From Planctomycetota bacterium (GTDB lineage: Bacteria > Planctomycetota > PLA2 > JAEUHO01), in NCBI GenBank assembly GCA_050248855.1, contig JBFWRP010000011.1:32001-96000 (forward strand): 64,000 bases of DNA, read 5' to 3'. The notes beneath the pieces were generated by a model. That model saw only the letters and a program-made list of their open reading frames with translations. It had not been told where the DNA came from and made no database searches. The translations under genes and the position numbers were made by a program. Below are positions 37,987 to 55,341 of this stretch, in pieces; the stretch's first letter is position 1; every line of letters begins with the position of its first letter.

Positions 37987-40056
37987 TCAGTCCTCCAAGG
38001 TCAGCCGCCTGCGGTCCTCCGGCGACACCTCGACGTACCCGGCCGGCTCCATGCTGTAGCTGGCCCGGCCCTGGCTGAGGCTGCGGACGGCGGTGCTGTA
38101 GCCGAACATCTGGCTCAGGGCCACCTCCCCCCTCAGGACCCGCATCTCGCCCCGGACGTCGTCGCCCGTGAGCATGGCCCTGCGGCGGATCAAGTCCGAG
38201 GAAACCGGCCCCACGAACTCGGGGGGCGTCGTGACCTCGATGGCCATGACGGGCTCGAGGAGCACGAGGCCGCCGGCGTGGGCGGCCTCCCGGAAGGCCT
38301 CGCCCGCGGCGGCCTGGAAGGCGACCTCCGTGCCCTGGACCTCGTCCGCCTTGGCGCCCGTGACCCGGATCGCAACGTCCACGACGGGGAAACCCAGGTC
38401 CAGCCCCCCCTCGGCCGCGAAGCGGATGCCCTCGACGGCGGCCGTGACGAGCAAGGGGGCCAGGGCGCCGGCGGGCAGCTCGGATGTGACCACCACGCCG
38501 GCTCCAGCCTCGCCCGGCGCCACGGCCACCTCGACCTCGGCCCATTGCGGGGCGCCGGCAATCACCCGCTCGAAGCGGTGCCGGGCCTTGCCAGGCCCGC
38601 GGACGGTCTGGCGGTAGGAGACGCGGGGCGCCCCGACATTGGCCTCGACCTTGAAGTCGCGCGTCAGGCGGTTCTTGAGCACCTCCAGGTGCAGCTCCCC
38701 CATGCCCGCGATGATCGTCTGGCCCGTCTCGGGGTCCTGGCGCACGCGGAAGGTCGGGTCTTCGCGGGCCAGGCGACCCAGCGCCTCTTCCATCCTGTCC
38801 CGGTCCGCGGTGCTCCGGGGCTCGATGGCCATGCTGATCACCGGCTCGGGAAAGTGGATCGACTCGAGCGCGATCGGGTGGTCCTTGTCACAGAGGGTGT
38901 CGCCGGTGGCGGTCTCCTTGAGCCCGACCAGGGCCACGATCTCCCCGGCCGAGGCTTCCTGCAGGGCTTCCTTCTCGTCGGCGTGCATGCGCAGCACGCG
39001 GCCCGGCCGCTCATGGCGCCTGAGGCGCGGGTTGTAGACACCCTTGCCCGGCTTGAGCGTGCCCGAGTAGATGCGGACGAACGTCAGGTCGCCATGCGCG
39101 TCCGTGATGATCTTGAAGGCCAGCGCGCAGAGCGGGCCCGCAGGGTCCGGCTCCCGCTTCACGACCACCCCGGGCGCGTCCGGCTGGTGGCCGGCCACGG
39201 CGCCGACGTCGAGGGGACTGGGCAGGTAGGCGCAGATCGCGTCGAGCAGTGGTTGGATGCCCGCGTTCCTGAGGGCGGCGCCGGCGAGCACGGGAAACAG
39301 GCGGGCCCCGAGCACGGCCTTGCGCAGCGCGGGCACGAGCACGTCCGCCGCGACGTCCCCCCCCTCGAGGAAGCGCTCGGCCACCGCATCGGAAACGTCA
39401 GCCAGGCCCTCGACCAGCTCGGCCCGACGCAGCTCCATCTCGTCCTGCAGCTCGGCGGGCACGGGCTGGCGGGTGACCACGGTGCCCTGCTCGCCGCCGA
39501 ACGTGACCAGCTCGCGGCGGATCAGGTCGACGATGCCCTGGAACTCGTTGCCGCGCCCGACGGGCACGGTCAACGGCACGACCGTGGCCCCGAGCCGCTC
39601 GCGGATGGAGGCAACGGACGCGTCGAAGTCGGCACCAGCGCGGTCCATCTTGTTGACGAAGCAGAGTCGCGGAACGCGGTAGCGCTCGGCTTGGTGCCAG
39701 ACGGTCTCGGACTGCGCCTCGACGCCGTGCACGGCGTCGAACACCACCACGGCGCCATCGAGCACGCGCAGCGAGCGCTCCACTTCGGCGGTGAAGTCGA
39801 CGTGGCCGGGTGTGTCGATCAGGTTGAGCACGTGGTCGGTCCACGTGATCGTCGTGGCCGCCGCGGTGATCGTGATGCCGCGCTGCTGCTCTTCCTCGAG
39901 GTAGTCCATCTTGGCCGCGCCCTCGTGGACCTCCCCGATGGCGTGCTCCTTGCCCGTGTAGTAGAGGATCCGCTCGCTGACGGTCGTCTTGCCCGCGTCG
40001 ATGTGGGCGCAGATGCCGAAGTTGCGAACGCGCTCGAGCGCGGCTGGCGGTTCCAT
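37987..40056 (-). CDS. fusA: Elongation factor G family GTPase with a divergent domain IV
   Basis: AHIDAGKTT, RGITI, DTPGHVDF, NKMD, GMGELHLE, EPVM, MFGYSTAVRSLSQGRA. The canonical KQSGG and YHDVDS loops are absent. Confidence 0.9.
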   Translation of the reverse strand: MEPPAALERVRNFGICAHIDAGKTTVSERILYYTGKEHAIGEVHEGAAKMDYLEEEQQRGITITAAATTITWTDHVLNLIDTPGHVDFTAEVERSLRVLDGAVVVFDAVHGVEAQSETVWHQAERYRVPRLCFVNKMDRAGADFDASVASIRERLGATVVPLTVPVGRGNEFQGIVDLIRRELVTFGGEQGTVVTRQPVPAELQDEMELRRAELVEGLADVSDAVAERFLEGGDVAADVLVPALRKAVLGARLFPVLAGAALRNAGIQPLLDAICAYLPSPLDVGAVAGHQPDAPGVVVKREPDPAGPLCALAFKIITDAHGDLTFVRIYSGTLKPGKGVYNPRLRRHERPGRVLRMHADEKEALQEASAGEIVALVGLKETATGDTLCDKDHPIALESIHFPEPVISMAIEPRSTADRDRMEEALGRLAREDPTFRVRQDPETGQTIIAGMGELHLEVLKNRLTRDFKVEANVGAPRVSYRQTVRGPGKARHRFERVIAGAPQWAEVEVAVAPGEAGAGVVVTSELPAGALAPLLVTAAVEGIRFAAEGGLDLGFPVVDVAIRVTGAKADEVQGTEVAFQAAAGEAFREAAHAGGLVLLEPVMAIEVTTPPEFVGPVSSDLIRRRAMLTGDDVRGEMRVLRGEVALSQMFGYSTAVRSLSQGRASYSMEPAGYVEVSPEDRRRLTLED

Positions 40057-40132
40057 CGGGGCCTCCCAGGAGATGGGCGGATGCTACCGGGCCTGGGCGC
40101 CCACGTGCCTACGCGCAGAGGTGTCTGGACCC

Positions 40133-40405
40133 CCGTGAGGGGTGCAGGGGGGACCGTGAGAGGTGCAGGAGGGACCGTGAGAGGTGCAGGAGGGGTACGG
40201 AATAGCCCTCCTGCCGCGAGGGCGTAGCCCGAGCGCCGAGTCCGCGCGGGAGCGCGGAACAACTGCTCTGCGGCGTTCCGAGCAAGTTCCTCCCTGCGCG
40301 GGCGAAAGATGGCGGAACACCGTGAGAGGTGCAGGAGGGGTACGGAATAGCCCTCCTGCCGCGAGGGCGTAGCCCGAGCGCCGAGTCCGCGCGGGAGCGC
40401 GGAAC
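40133..40405 (+). repeat. Family B elements: two 21-bp partial heads plus two identical 86-bp full copies (40175-40260, 40320-40405)
   Basis: CCGTGAG(A/G)GGTGCAGG at 40133, 40154, 40175 and 40320; the full copies end in TCCGCGCGGGAGCGCGGAAC. Confidence 0.93.
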
Positions 40406-40465
40406 GATCCTGCGCGCGCTCTACTTGAGTCGGTTCGCGGTGTGCGACGTTCGCTGGGCATCGAA

Positions 40466-41046
40466 CCGCGACCCCTGCGTGTCAGGCACCTTGCCCACGT
40501 TGCCGCTGCGCGGCGCCGCGGCAAGGGTCCTGACACATCCGGGTTCGCTCTGACACGCAAGTGCGCCGCCGGCGAACCGCGACCCCGGCGTGTCAGGCAC
40601 CTTGCCCACGTTGCCGCTACGCGGCGCCGCGGCAAGGGTCCTGACACATCCGGGGTCGCGAGGCGCGCGGAGGTGTCTGAACCTGTGCCTCGGAGCGATA
40701 GCGACGGTGGCACGGTGTCAGACACCGAAGTGCGACGTTCGCTGGCCGGCGAACCGCGACCCCTGCGTGTCAGGCACCTTGCCCACGTTGCCGCTGCGCG
40801 GCGCCGCGGCAAGGGTCCTGACACATCCGGGGTCGCGACATTCGCTCGCCGTCGACCGCGACCCCTGCGTGTCAGTTCTTCATGCCGACGGCAAAGCCCG
40901 TACGCGTCTCGATGCGCGCGGCACCCCCTCCCATGGAAGCGTGGCTGTCCTGTCCGAGCCCGGAGTTCAGGCACCTTCCATTGCAGGCACCTTGCCCACG
41001 TTGCCGCTACGCGGCGCGCGGCAAGGGTCCTGACGAATCCGGGGTC
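40466..41046. repeat. Family A hairpin-repeat array, second locus
   Basis: CAGGCACC cores at 40483, 40594, 40771 and 40984; the same 111-bp insert at 40876-40986; an extra hairpin GGTGTCTGA...TCAGACACC near 40672-40726. The array abuts the stop codon at 41045. Confidence 0.95.
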
Positions 41047-42301
41047 ACCTCGCGCGCACGGCGGCGACGACGCGGGAGAGGCGGGAGAGGCCCTCCTCGA
41101 CCACGGACATCGGGGGGCCGTAGGAGAAGCGCAGCCACGATGCGAGGGGCGAGGGGCCCGTGCGCGCGTGGGCAGGGTCCATGTCGAACAGCCGTCCCGG
41201 CACCGTGATCACCCTCTCGGCAAGGGCGGCCTCGAAGAACGCATCCGCATCCGAGAGCGGTGCCGGCAGCCCGGAGAGGTCGCAGAACACGTAGAAGGCA
41301 CCGCGCGCCGGGGCCACGCGCAGCCCCAGGGCCTCGAGCCCCCCCACCAAGCGGTCCCGCTTCGCACGGAACACCGCCCGCACGACGCGTGCTTCGGCGT
41401 CGGCAGCCGCGGGGGCCAGCGCGTCGAGCGCCGCGCGCTGCAGCGGCGCGTTGGCGCCGCCGTCCATCGCCCCGCCGATCCGCGAGACGACCTCGACGAC
41501 GGCTGGCGGGCCGACCATCCAGGCCAACCGCCACCCGGGATGGCGCAACGACTTCGTGAGCCCGTCCACGATCACGACGGGATCCCGGTCGGGGTCCACG
41601 ACGTGCTCCAGGCCGGAGATGGAGCGATCGTCACCGTCCTCGCCGTAGACGTAGGTTCCGTAGAACTCGTCCAGGACGAGCAACGTGCCGTGTCGCCTCG
41701 CGGCGGCCACGATCCTCGCCAGGTCGGCCCGGGACCACATGGCGGCCGTGGGGTTGTTGGGGTGGCTCGCGACGAAGGCGTCGAGCCCGTCGGCGAAGGC
41801 CTGCTCCAGCCTCTCCACGCGCGGCAGGAACCCCGCTTCGGGGGTTCCCTCCAAGTGGACGGGCACGAGGTGGGCGGCATGACGGGCGAGCCCTTCCGCG
41901 ATCGCCGGGTAGTCGGGCGAGCCGTGGCCCACGCGCCCCGGGCCCAAGGCGGCGAAGAGGCGCGAGAGCGCGGCGCGCCCACCGCCCGCGACGGCGACGT
42001 GGGCCGCACGGTAGGGCGCCTTGCCGGCGCGGAAGCGATGGTTGACCAACGCCGCGACGGCCTCGCGAAGGGCGGGAAGGCCCGGGACGGGCCCGTACCC
42101 CTCGACGGACGTGTCCAGCGGCACGCTCGCCGGTCGCGGACCGCCACCGGGCAGGGGATCGAGCTCGGGCTGACCCTGGCCGAAGTTGACCCACGCGGGA
42201 TCCCCGGCCGCAAAGCCACGGGCGGCGGCCGCCTGCATCGCCGCGAGCACGCCCGTGGCCGGCACGGACGCGACGATGCGCGGGAGCGCCGCGTCGCTCA
42301 C
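41045..42301 (-). CDS. PLP-dependent aminotransferase class I/II
   Basis: NFGQGQPE, YGPVPGLPALREAVA, SHPNNPT, DEFY, GLTKSLRHPGWR (PLP Lys), GAFY, LRFSY. Confidence 0.9.
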   Translation of the reverse strand: MSDAALPRIVASVPATGVLAAMQAAAARGFAAGDPAWVNFGQGQPELDPLPGGGPRPASVPLDTSVEGYGPVPGLPALREAVAALVNHRFRAGKAPYRAAHVAVAGGGRAALSRLFAALGPGRVGHGSPDYPAIAEGLARHAAHLVPVHLEGTPEAGFLPRVERLEQAFADGLDAFVASHPNNPTAAMWSRADLARIVAAARRHGTLLVLDEFYGTYVYGEDGDDRSISGLEHVVDPDRDPVVIVDGLTKSLRHPGWRLAWMVGPPAVVEVVSRIGGAMDGGANAPLQRAALDALAPAAADAEARVVRAVFRAKRDRLVGGLEALGLRVAPARGAFYVFCDLSGLPAPLSDADAFFEAALAERVITVPGRLFDMDPAHARTGPSPLASWLRFSYGPPMSVVEEGLSRLSRVVAAVRAR

Positions 42302-42876
42302 TCGTCGTAGACCACGTTGATCAGGGTGGGGTCCACGGTGAGGTCGCGCCCGTACACGTGGATCGAGACGAGGTCGTCCGGGCCTGCGTTGGAGATGCGG
42401 TGGACGCCGTCCGGGCCGGGACGCGTCATGAGGACGGCGCCTGCGCGGTGGTCGGCATCACGCCCCACCAGGTGGACGGCGCGCAAGCCCCCTTCGTCTT
42501 CGTCCTCGACGAGGTCGAAGCGCTCCTCGTGCGCCACGCCCGAGACGACGCCCACCGTGCACCATGCCGTGTGGCCATGGACGGCGCTGGCCTGACCGGG
42601 CCGCCACACCAGGCACAGGGCCGTAAAGCGGCCCTGCGGATCGGCGTAGAGCAGATGACGACGGTAGGTGTCGGCGGCCCCCTGACACTGCGCGCTCGTC
42701 AGCAGGTCGGGAGCAGCCAAGACCTCTGCCAGGGCCTGCATCGCCGCCGTCCCGATCCCGTCGTCGCTGCACGGCCCGCCGGGCTGGCCCTCGAGGACGG
42801 TTTCCATCCGCTCGACGAAGGCACGGATCGGAGGGCTCGCGGTATCGAGCGCACCCGACCCGGAGCCCCCGGTCAC
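42298..42876 (-). CDS. Cysteine/thiol dioxygenase family cupin
   Basis: YRRHLLY, LVWRPGQASAVHGH (HxH), VHRISN, SIHVYG (Ser-His-Tyr triad). Confidence 0.82.
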   Translation of the reverse strand: MTGGSGSGALDTASPPIRAFVERMETVLEGQPGGPCSDDGIGTAAMQALAEVLAAPDLLTSAQCQGAADTYRRHLLYADPQGRFTALCLVWRPGQASAVHGHTAWCTVGVVSGVAHEERFDLVEDEDEGGLRAVHLVGRDADHRAGAVLMTRPGPDGVHRISNAGPDDLVSIHVYGRDLTVDPTLINVVYDE

Positions 42877-42878
42877 GG

Positions 42879-43184
42879 TTACCAGCTCGCCTTTTTGAGG
42901 CCCGGGATCTCGCCGCGCAGCGCCATGTCGCGGAGCATCACGCGGCTCAGGCCGAACTTGCGGTAGTTGCCGCGCGGCCGTCCCGTGAACTGGCAGCGCA
43001 GGCGGATGCGGTTGGGGTTGCTGTCGCGCGGCAGGGCGCGCAGCTTGGCGTAGGCGGCGTCCTTCTGCTCCTCGCTGCTGGAGGGGCTCTGGATGACGGC
43101 CTTCAGCTCACGACGGATCGAGGCGTAGCGGGCCACGAGGATCCGGCGGCGTTCGTTCTTCTCGAGCTTGCTCTTCTTGGCCAT
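42879..43184 (-). CDS. rpsN: 30S ribosomal protein S14, 101-aa Zn-independent form
   Basis: [48 protein letters not shown]. Confidence 0.97.
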   Translation of the reverse strand: MAKKSKLEKNERRRILVARYASIRRELKAVIQSPSSSEEQKDAAYAKLRALPRDSNPNRIRLRCQFTGRPRGNYRKFGLSRVMLRDMALRGEIPGLKKASW

Positions 43185-43236
43185 GGGTCAGGGGATCCTT
43201 CGAAGGGTGCCGGAAAGCGGGGCTGCTGCGACGGGC

Positions 43237-43713
43237 CTAGAACGCGAAGTGCGCGAACGCCTTGTTCGCCTCGGCCTGCTTGTGGGCGTTCTCGCGCTTC
43301 ATCATGGCCCCACCCTCGCGGTTGTAGGCGGCCACCAGCTCATCGGCGAGCGCCATGCGCATGGGGCGGCCACGACGGCCACGAGCGGCCTCGAGCACCC
43401 AACGGAACGCGAGGGCGCGACCGCGGCGCGGACCGACCTCGACGGGAACCTGGTAGTTGGCACCACCGACGCGCTTGCTGCGCACCTCGACCATCGGCTT
43501 GACGTTCTCGATGGCCTGGCGCCAGACCTCGATGGCGTCGCGGTCACGCACGCGCTGACCCACGACCTCGAGGGCGTCGTAGAAGACCTTCTCCGCCGTC
43601 GAGCGCTTGCCGTCGCGCATGATGCACGAGATGAACTTGGCGACGTTGAGGTCGCCGTAGATCGGGTCCGGCTTGAGCAGCGGCTCGAAGCTCGTGAAGT
43701 ACTTGCCCGCCAT
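43237..43713 (-). CDS. rpsG: 30S ribosomal protein S7
   Basis: PDPIY, MRDGKRSTAE, VEVRSKRVGGANYQVP, AEANKAFAHF. Confidence 0.99.
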   Translation of the reverse strand: MAGKYFTSFEPLLKPDPIYGDLNVAKFISCIMRDGKRSTAEKVFYDALEVVGQRVRDRDAIEVWRQAIENVKPMVEVRSKRVGGANYQVPVEVGPRRGRALAFRWVLEAARGRRGRPMRMALADELVAAYNREGGAMMKRENAHKQAEANKAFAHFAF

Positions 43714-43728
43714 GGAAACCCCCGTCGC

Positions 43729-44103
43729 CTACTTCGCGTTCTTCTTCTGGCCGTACTTGGAGCGCTGCTGCTTGCGCCCGTCCACACCCGACGCGTCCAG
43801 CGTGCCGCGGATGATGTGGTAGCGGACACCGGGCAAGTCGCGCACACGACCGCCACGGATGAGCACGATGCTGTGCTCCTGCAGGTTGTGCCCCTCGCCG
43901 GGGATGTACGCCGTGATCTCCTTGCCCGTGGAGAGCCGCACGCGCGCGATCTTGCGCAGCGCGGAGTTCGGCTTCTTCGGGGTCTGGGTCTTCACGGAGA
44001 GACAGACGCCACGCTTCTGGGGACAGGCCAGGAGCACGGGGCTCTTGCTCTTGCGCTTGACCTTGGTCCGGCCCTTGCGGACCAGCTGGTTGATCGTCGG
44101 CAT
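43729..44103 (-). CDS. rpsL: 30S ribosomal protein S12
   Basis: [42 protein letters not shown]. Confidence 0.99.
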   Translation of the reverse strand: MPTINQLVRKGRTKVKRKSKSPVLLACPQKRGVCLSVKTQTPKKPNSALRKIARVRLSTGKEITAYIPGEGHNLQEHSIVLIRGGRVRDLPGVRYHIIRGTLDASGVDGRKQQRSKYGQKKNAK

Positions 44104-44299
44104 GCGGTTTCCCAAGGCAGGACCGCGACCGGGGCCCGTGCTCTCCACGGGATCCACGGCAGCGGCAACGGTCGGACCCGGAATCTTCCGGGAAGCCCAG
44201 GAAGGTAGCGGCGCGCACGCACGGCTGCACGGGATTCCCGGGTGGTGGTCGATTGCTCCCCCCCGCAGGCACCGGCGGCTCGCCGGATGCTCGGCCCCA

Positions 44300-44385
44300 C
44301 CGCGAGGGGTGCAGGGGTGGTCCGGAATCGCCCCCCTGCTGCGGAGGCGGAGCCGGAGCACCGAGTCCGCGCGGGAGCGCGGAGC
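44300..44385 (+). repeat. Family B element, diverged copy (86 bp)
   Basis: CCGCGAGGGGTGCAGGGGTGG...CCCCCTGCTGCGGAGGCGGAGCCGGAGCACCGAGTCCGCGCGGGAGCGCGGAGC. Confidence 0.85.
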
Positions 44386-44618
44386 TTGGACGGGGGACGC
44401 GACCACGAGGCGTCGCGGATCGCGGCACGCTCCCGTCGCCCCGAGGACCTGATGCGCGGCGGCCACCGTCGATACCCGGAACCGCGGGCCATCTGGCCCC
44501 AAGCACGAGGCGATAGGCGCACGCAGCGCCCCCTGGGCGTCGGCAGGGCGCTCACCTGGCCGTTCCGGGCCGGAGTCCCGCCGCGCAGTCGCGCGGCGGG
44601 TTCCGAAGGCCCAGCGGA

Positions 44619-48812
<4,194 letters not shown>

Positions 48813-48903
48813 GGTGCCCTCGCTCGTCTCGGTTCCCGGTGGCTACCCGACTTGCTTCCCGTGGCGATCACGGTGCCGCGCGGCCGCGAAGCCGCGCGCA
48901 CGC

Positions 48904-52704
<3,801 letters not shown>

Positions 52705-53285
52705 GCGCGGCTCCCTTCGCGGGTGCGGAGGCCGCGTACGTGCGCGGGAGGTGGCCGCGGGTGCCGACACGCGACTGCGGCGCAACATCGCCAACAGCGC
52801 GTGGAGGCTTGCGGCTTGCCGGAAGCGCGAAGGCTCGGCAAGCAGACCCTTGATGCGGACGCCCGTCCCTGGCACGCGACGCGACGTCCCCGAAGGGACG
52901 CGCCTCCACGCGAGGTGTTCGTGAGGATCGAGGCCCGCCCGGTCAGCGGCTTCCGTCTGGCGCCCGTCCCGGCCTGCAAGGGGGCGGGGCTTTCGAAGCC
53001 GCAGGGGCATCGCGGTCACCTGGTGCGGCGGCCGCGGGAGGGGAAGGGTAGCGGGGAAGCGTGGGCCTGGCCCATCGGGGCAGACCGTTCACCGCCAAGG
53101 GGCAACCCGGGAGGCTCCCGGACGACCCGTCCATGCGGCCCCACGGAGCCGCCGGGGCCTCGGCGGGGCGGCCGGCCGTCCGGCCCGCATCCAGGCCAAG
53201 ACGTGCCGACCAGCCCAGGGAGGCCGGAAGGGAGCAGTACGGAGCGGAGCCAGACGGCCGGGACATGCCGGCCGTCGGGTCGGAT

Positions 53286-53696
53286 CTACTTGATCTCGAC
53301 CTCGGCGCCCGCGTCCTCGAGCTCCTTCTTGATCTTCTCGGCGTCCTCCTTGGAGGCGCCCTCCTTGACCGGCTTCGGAGCGCCGTCGACCAGGTCCTTG
53401 GCCTCCTTGAGGCCCAGGCCGGTGATGCTGCGCACCACCTTGATCACGGCGATCTTCTGCTGGCCGGCGCTCTTCAGGATGACGTCGAAGGAGGTCTTCT
53501 CCTCCGCCGCCTCGGCGCCGCCGCCACCCGCACCGGGGGCGACCATGGCCACCGCCGCGGGAGCCGCAGCCGACACGCCCCAGCGCTCTTCGAGCGCCTT
53601 CACGAGCTTCGCGGCCTTGGCAATGGTGAGGCCATCGAGCTTCTCGAAGATGGCCTGGAGGTCGTCCTCGAGGACGATCGTCTGTTCATCGGACAT
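53286..53696 (-). CDS. rplL: 50S ribosomal protein L7/L12
   Basis: [39 protein letters not shown]. Confidence 0.99.
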   Translation of the reverse strand: MSDEQTIVLEDDLQAIFEKLDGLTIAKAAKLVKALEERWGVSAAAPAAVAMVAPGAGGGGAEAAEEKTSFDVILKSAGQQKIAVIKVVRSITGLGLKEAKDLVDGAPKPVKEGASKEDAEKIKKELEDAGAEVEIK

Positions 53697-53858
53697 GGTT
53701 CGGACTCCTGGAACGTGATCGGCGACGATCGTCGTGTGCCAAGCCCGTCTCGGCCGCCGCTCGAATCCAACTCGTCAAGGGCCCCCACCCGCGGGATGCC
53801 CCCTGGTCTTGTCGCGCTGCACGCGGCGACGCTCGCCGCGCGCAATGCATGGTCTGCC

Positions 53859-54416
53859 TCAGGCCTCGCCGGCCTCCTCGCCGCCGCCCTGCTGGTCGAC
53901 GCGCGCCTGCAGGCACCGCGCCAACCCGCCGTACACGGCCGACAGGCTGACGGCGATCCCGCGGGGGACCCCCATCACCGCGCCCAGCATCATGGCGCGC
54001 AGCTGCGGCAGGTCGGGCATGTCCGCCAGCGTGCTCGCCTCCTCTTCGAGGAGCAGCTCGCCGTCGGCAACCGCACCCTTGAGCTTCAAGGGCTTCCACT
54101 TGCGGCTCCACTCCCGGACCACCTTCGCGATCGGGATGGGGCCGTCGCCGCCGAAGGCGATCGCCGTGGGGCCCGCGAGCAGCGGGTCCAAGGCCTCGCT
54201 GCCCTCGCCGAACCACTTGCGGTTCATGGCGACCTGGGCCGTGCGGTTGTGGATCACCTGGAGGCGCGCACCGCCGGCCTTCTCGCGAAGGTCGCCGCGG
54301 AACGCCATGGTGCTCTCGACGGTCATCGCACCCGTCTCGAGGATGAGCAGGCCGTTGTGTCCCTCGAGCGCTTGCTCGAGCTGGTCGGCCATCATCCGCT
54401 TCAACGCTTTGGCCAT
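53859..54416 (-). CDS. rplJ: 50S ribosomal protein L10
   Basis: Position between rplA and rplL; VIHNRTA, LAGPTAIAF, LKGAVADG, LADMP. Confidence 0.9.
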   Translation of the reverse strand: MAKALKRMMADQLEQALEGHNGLLILETGAMTVESTMAFRGDLREKAGGARLQVIHNRTAQVAMNRKWFGEGSEALDPLLAGPTAIAFGGDGPIPIAKVVREWSRKWKPLKLKGAVADGELLLEEEASTLADMPDLPQLRAMMLGAVMGVPRGIAVSLSAVYGGLARCLQARVDQQGGGEEAGEA

Positions 54417-54475
54417 GATCGGCTCCTCGTCGTGGAGGGCGCAAGCGCCCGTGCCCCGGTCCGCCTGCCTGGTGG

Positions 54476-55165
54476 CTACGCCACGTCCAGCGTCACCCCC
54501 GGCGTCATCGTGCCGGAGATGGAGACCTTGCGGATGTAGGCGCCCTTGACCGCCGAGGGCTTCAAACCGCGAACGTGCTCCAGGAAGTGGAGGACGTTCT
54601 CCTGGATCTTCTGCGGGGCGAAGCTGCGCTTGCCCACGGGCACGTGGAGGTTGCCGCCGCTGTCGGCGCGGAACTCCACCTTGCCGGCCTTGAACTCGGC
54701 CACCGCCTCGCCGATGCGATCGGTCACGGTGCCCGACTTGGGGCTGGGCATCTTGCCCTGCGGACCGAGGACGCGACCCAGGCGACCCGCGATGCGCATC
54801 ATGGACGGGTGCGCAATGCAGATGTCGAAGTCGGTCCAGCCGGCGTTGATCTTCTCGGCGAGGTCCTCGCCGCCCACTTCATCAGCGCCAGCGGCCCGCG
54901 CCGCCTCGGCCGCCTCGCCCTCGGCGAACACGACGACGCTGCGCGACTGGCCGATGCCGTGCGGCATCGCGACGCTGCCGCGCACCATCTGGTCGCTCTT
55001 CTTGGGGTCGATGCCCAGGCGGACGTGCAGCTCGACGGTCTCGTCGAAGCGCGCCTTGGGAAACTGACCCAGCACCTGGAGGCCGGCGCCGATGTCGTAG
55101 CGCTTGAGCTTCTCGTAGCCCGGCGTGGCCAGGGCAGCACGGTAGCGCTTGGTGGTTCGCGTCAT
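54476..55165 (-). CDS. rplA: 50S ribosomal protein L1
   Basis: FDETVELHVRLGIDPKKSDQMVRG, PHGIG, LGPQGKMPSPKSGTVT, GKVEFRAD. Confidence 0.98.
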   Translation of the reverse strand: MTRTTKRYRAALATPGYEKLKRYDIGAGLQVLGQFPKARFDETVELHVRLGIDPKKSDQMVRGSVAMPHGIGQSRSVVVFAEGEAAEAARAAGADEVGGEDLAEKINAGWTDFDICIAHPSMMRIAGRLGRVLGPQGKMPSPKSGTVTDRIGEAVAEFKAGKVEFRADSGGNLHVPVGKRSFAPQKIQENVLHFLEHVRGLKPSAVKGAYIRKVSISGTMTPGVTLDVA

Positions 55166-55282
55166 CCGCGTCTCCTTCACTCTCCCGTCCCGACACGCGG
55201 AGGTCAGGGCGGTGGCCGAGTTCCCCCCCGGAAACCGGGAGGAACGGGGGATGTTGCAGGCAGGGCGTGATCCCACGAACGG

Positions 55283-55315
55283 AAAACCGGGGGGCGCACG
55301 CGTGCGCCCCCCGGT
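55283..55315 (-). terminator. Probable intrinsic terminator after the PASTA gene
   Basis: Perfect 30-bp palindrome ACCGGGGGGCGCACGCGTGCGCCCCCCGGT (55286-55315) ending in a TTTT run on the minus strand. Confidence 0.55.
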
Positions 55316-55341
55316 CCGGGGTGGTTGGCCTGGGGCGGCTC

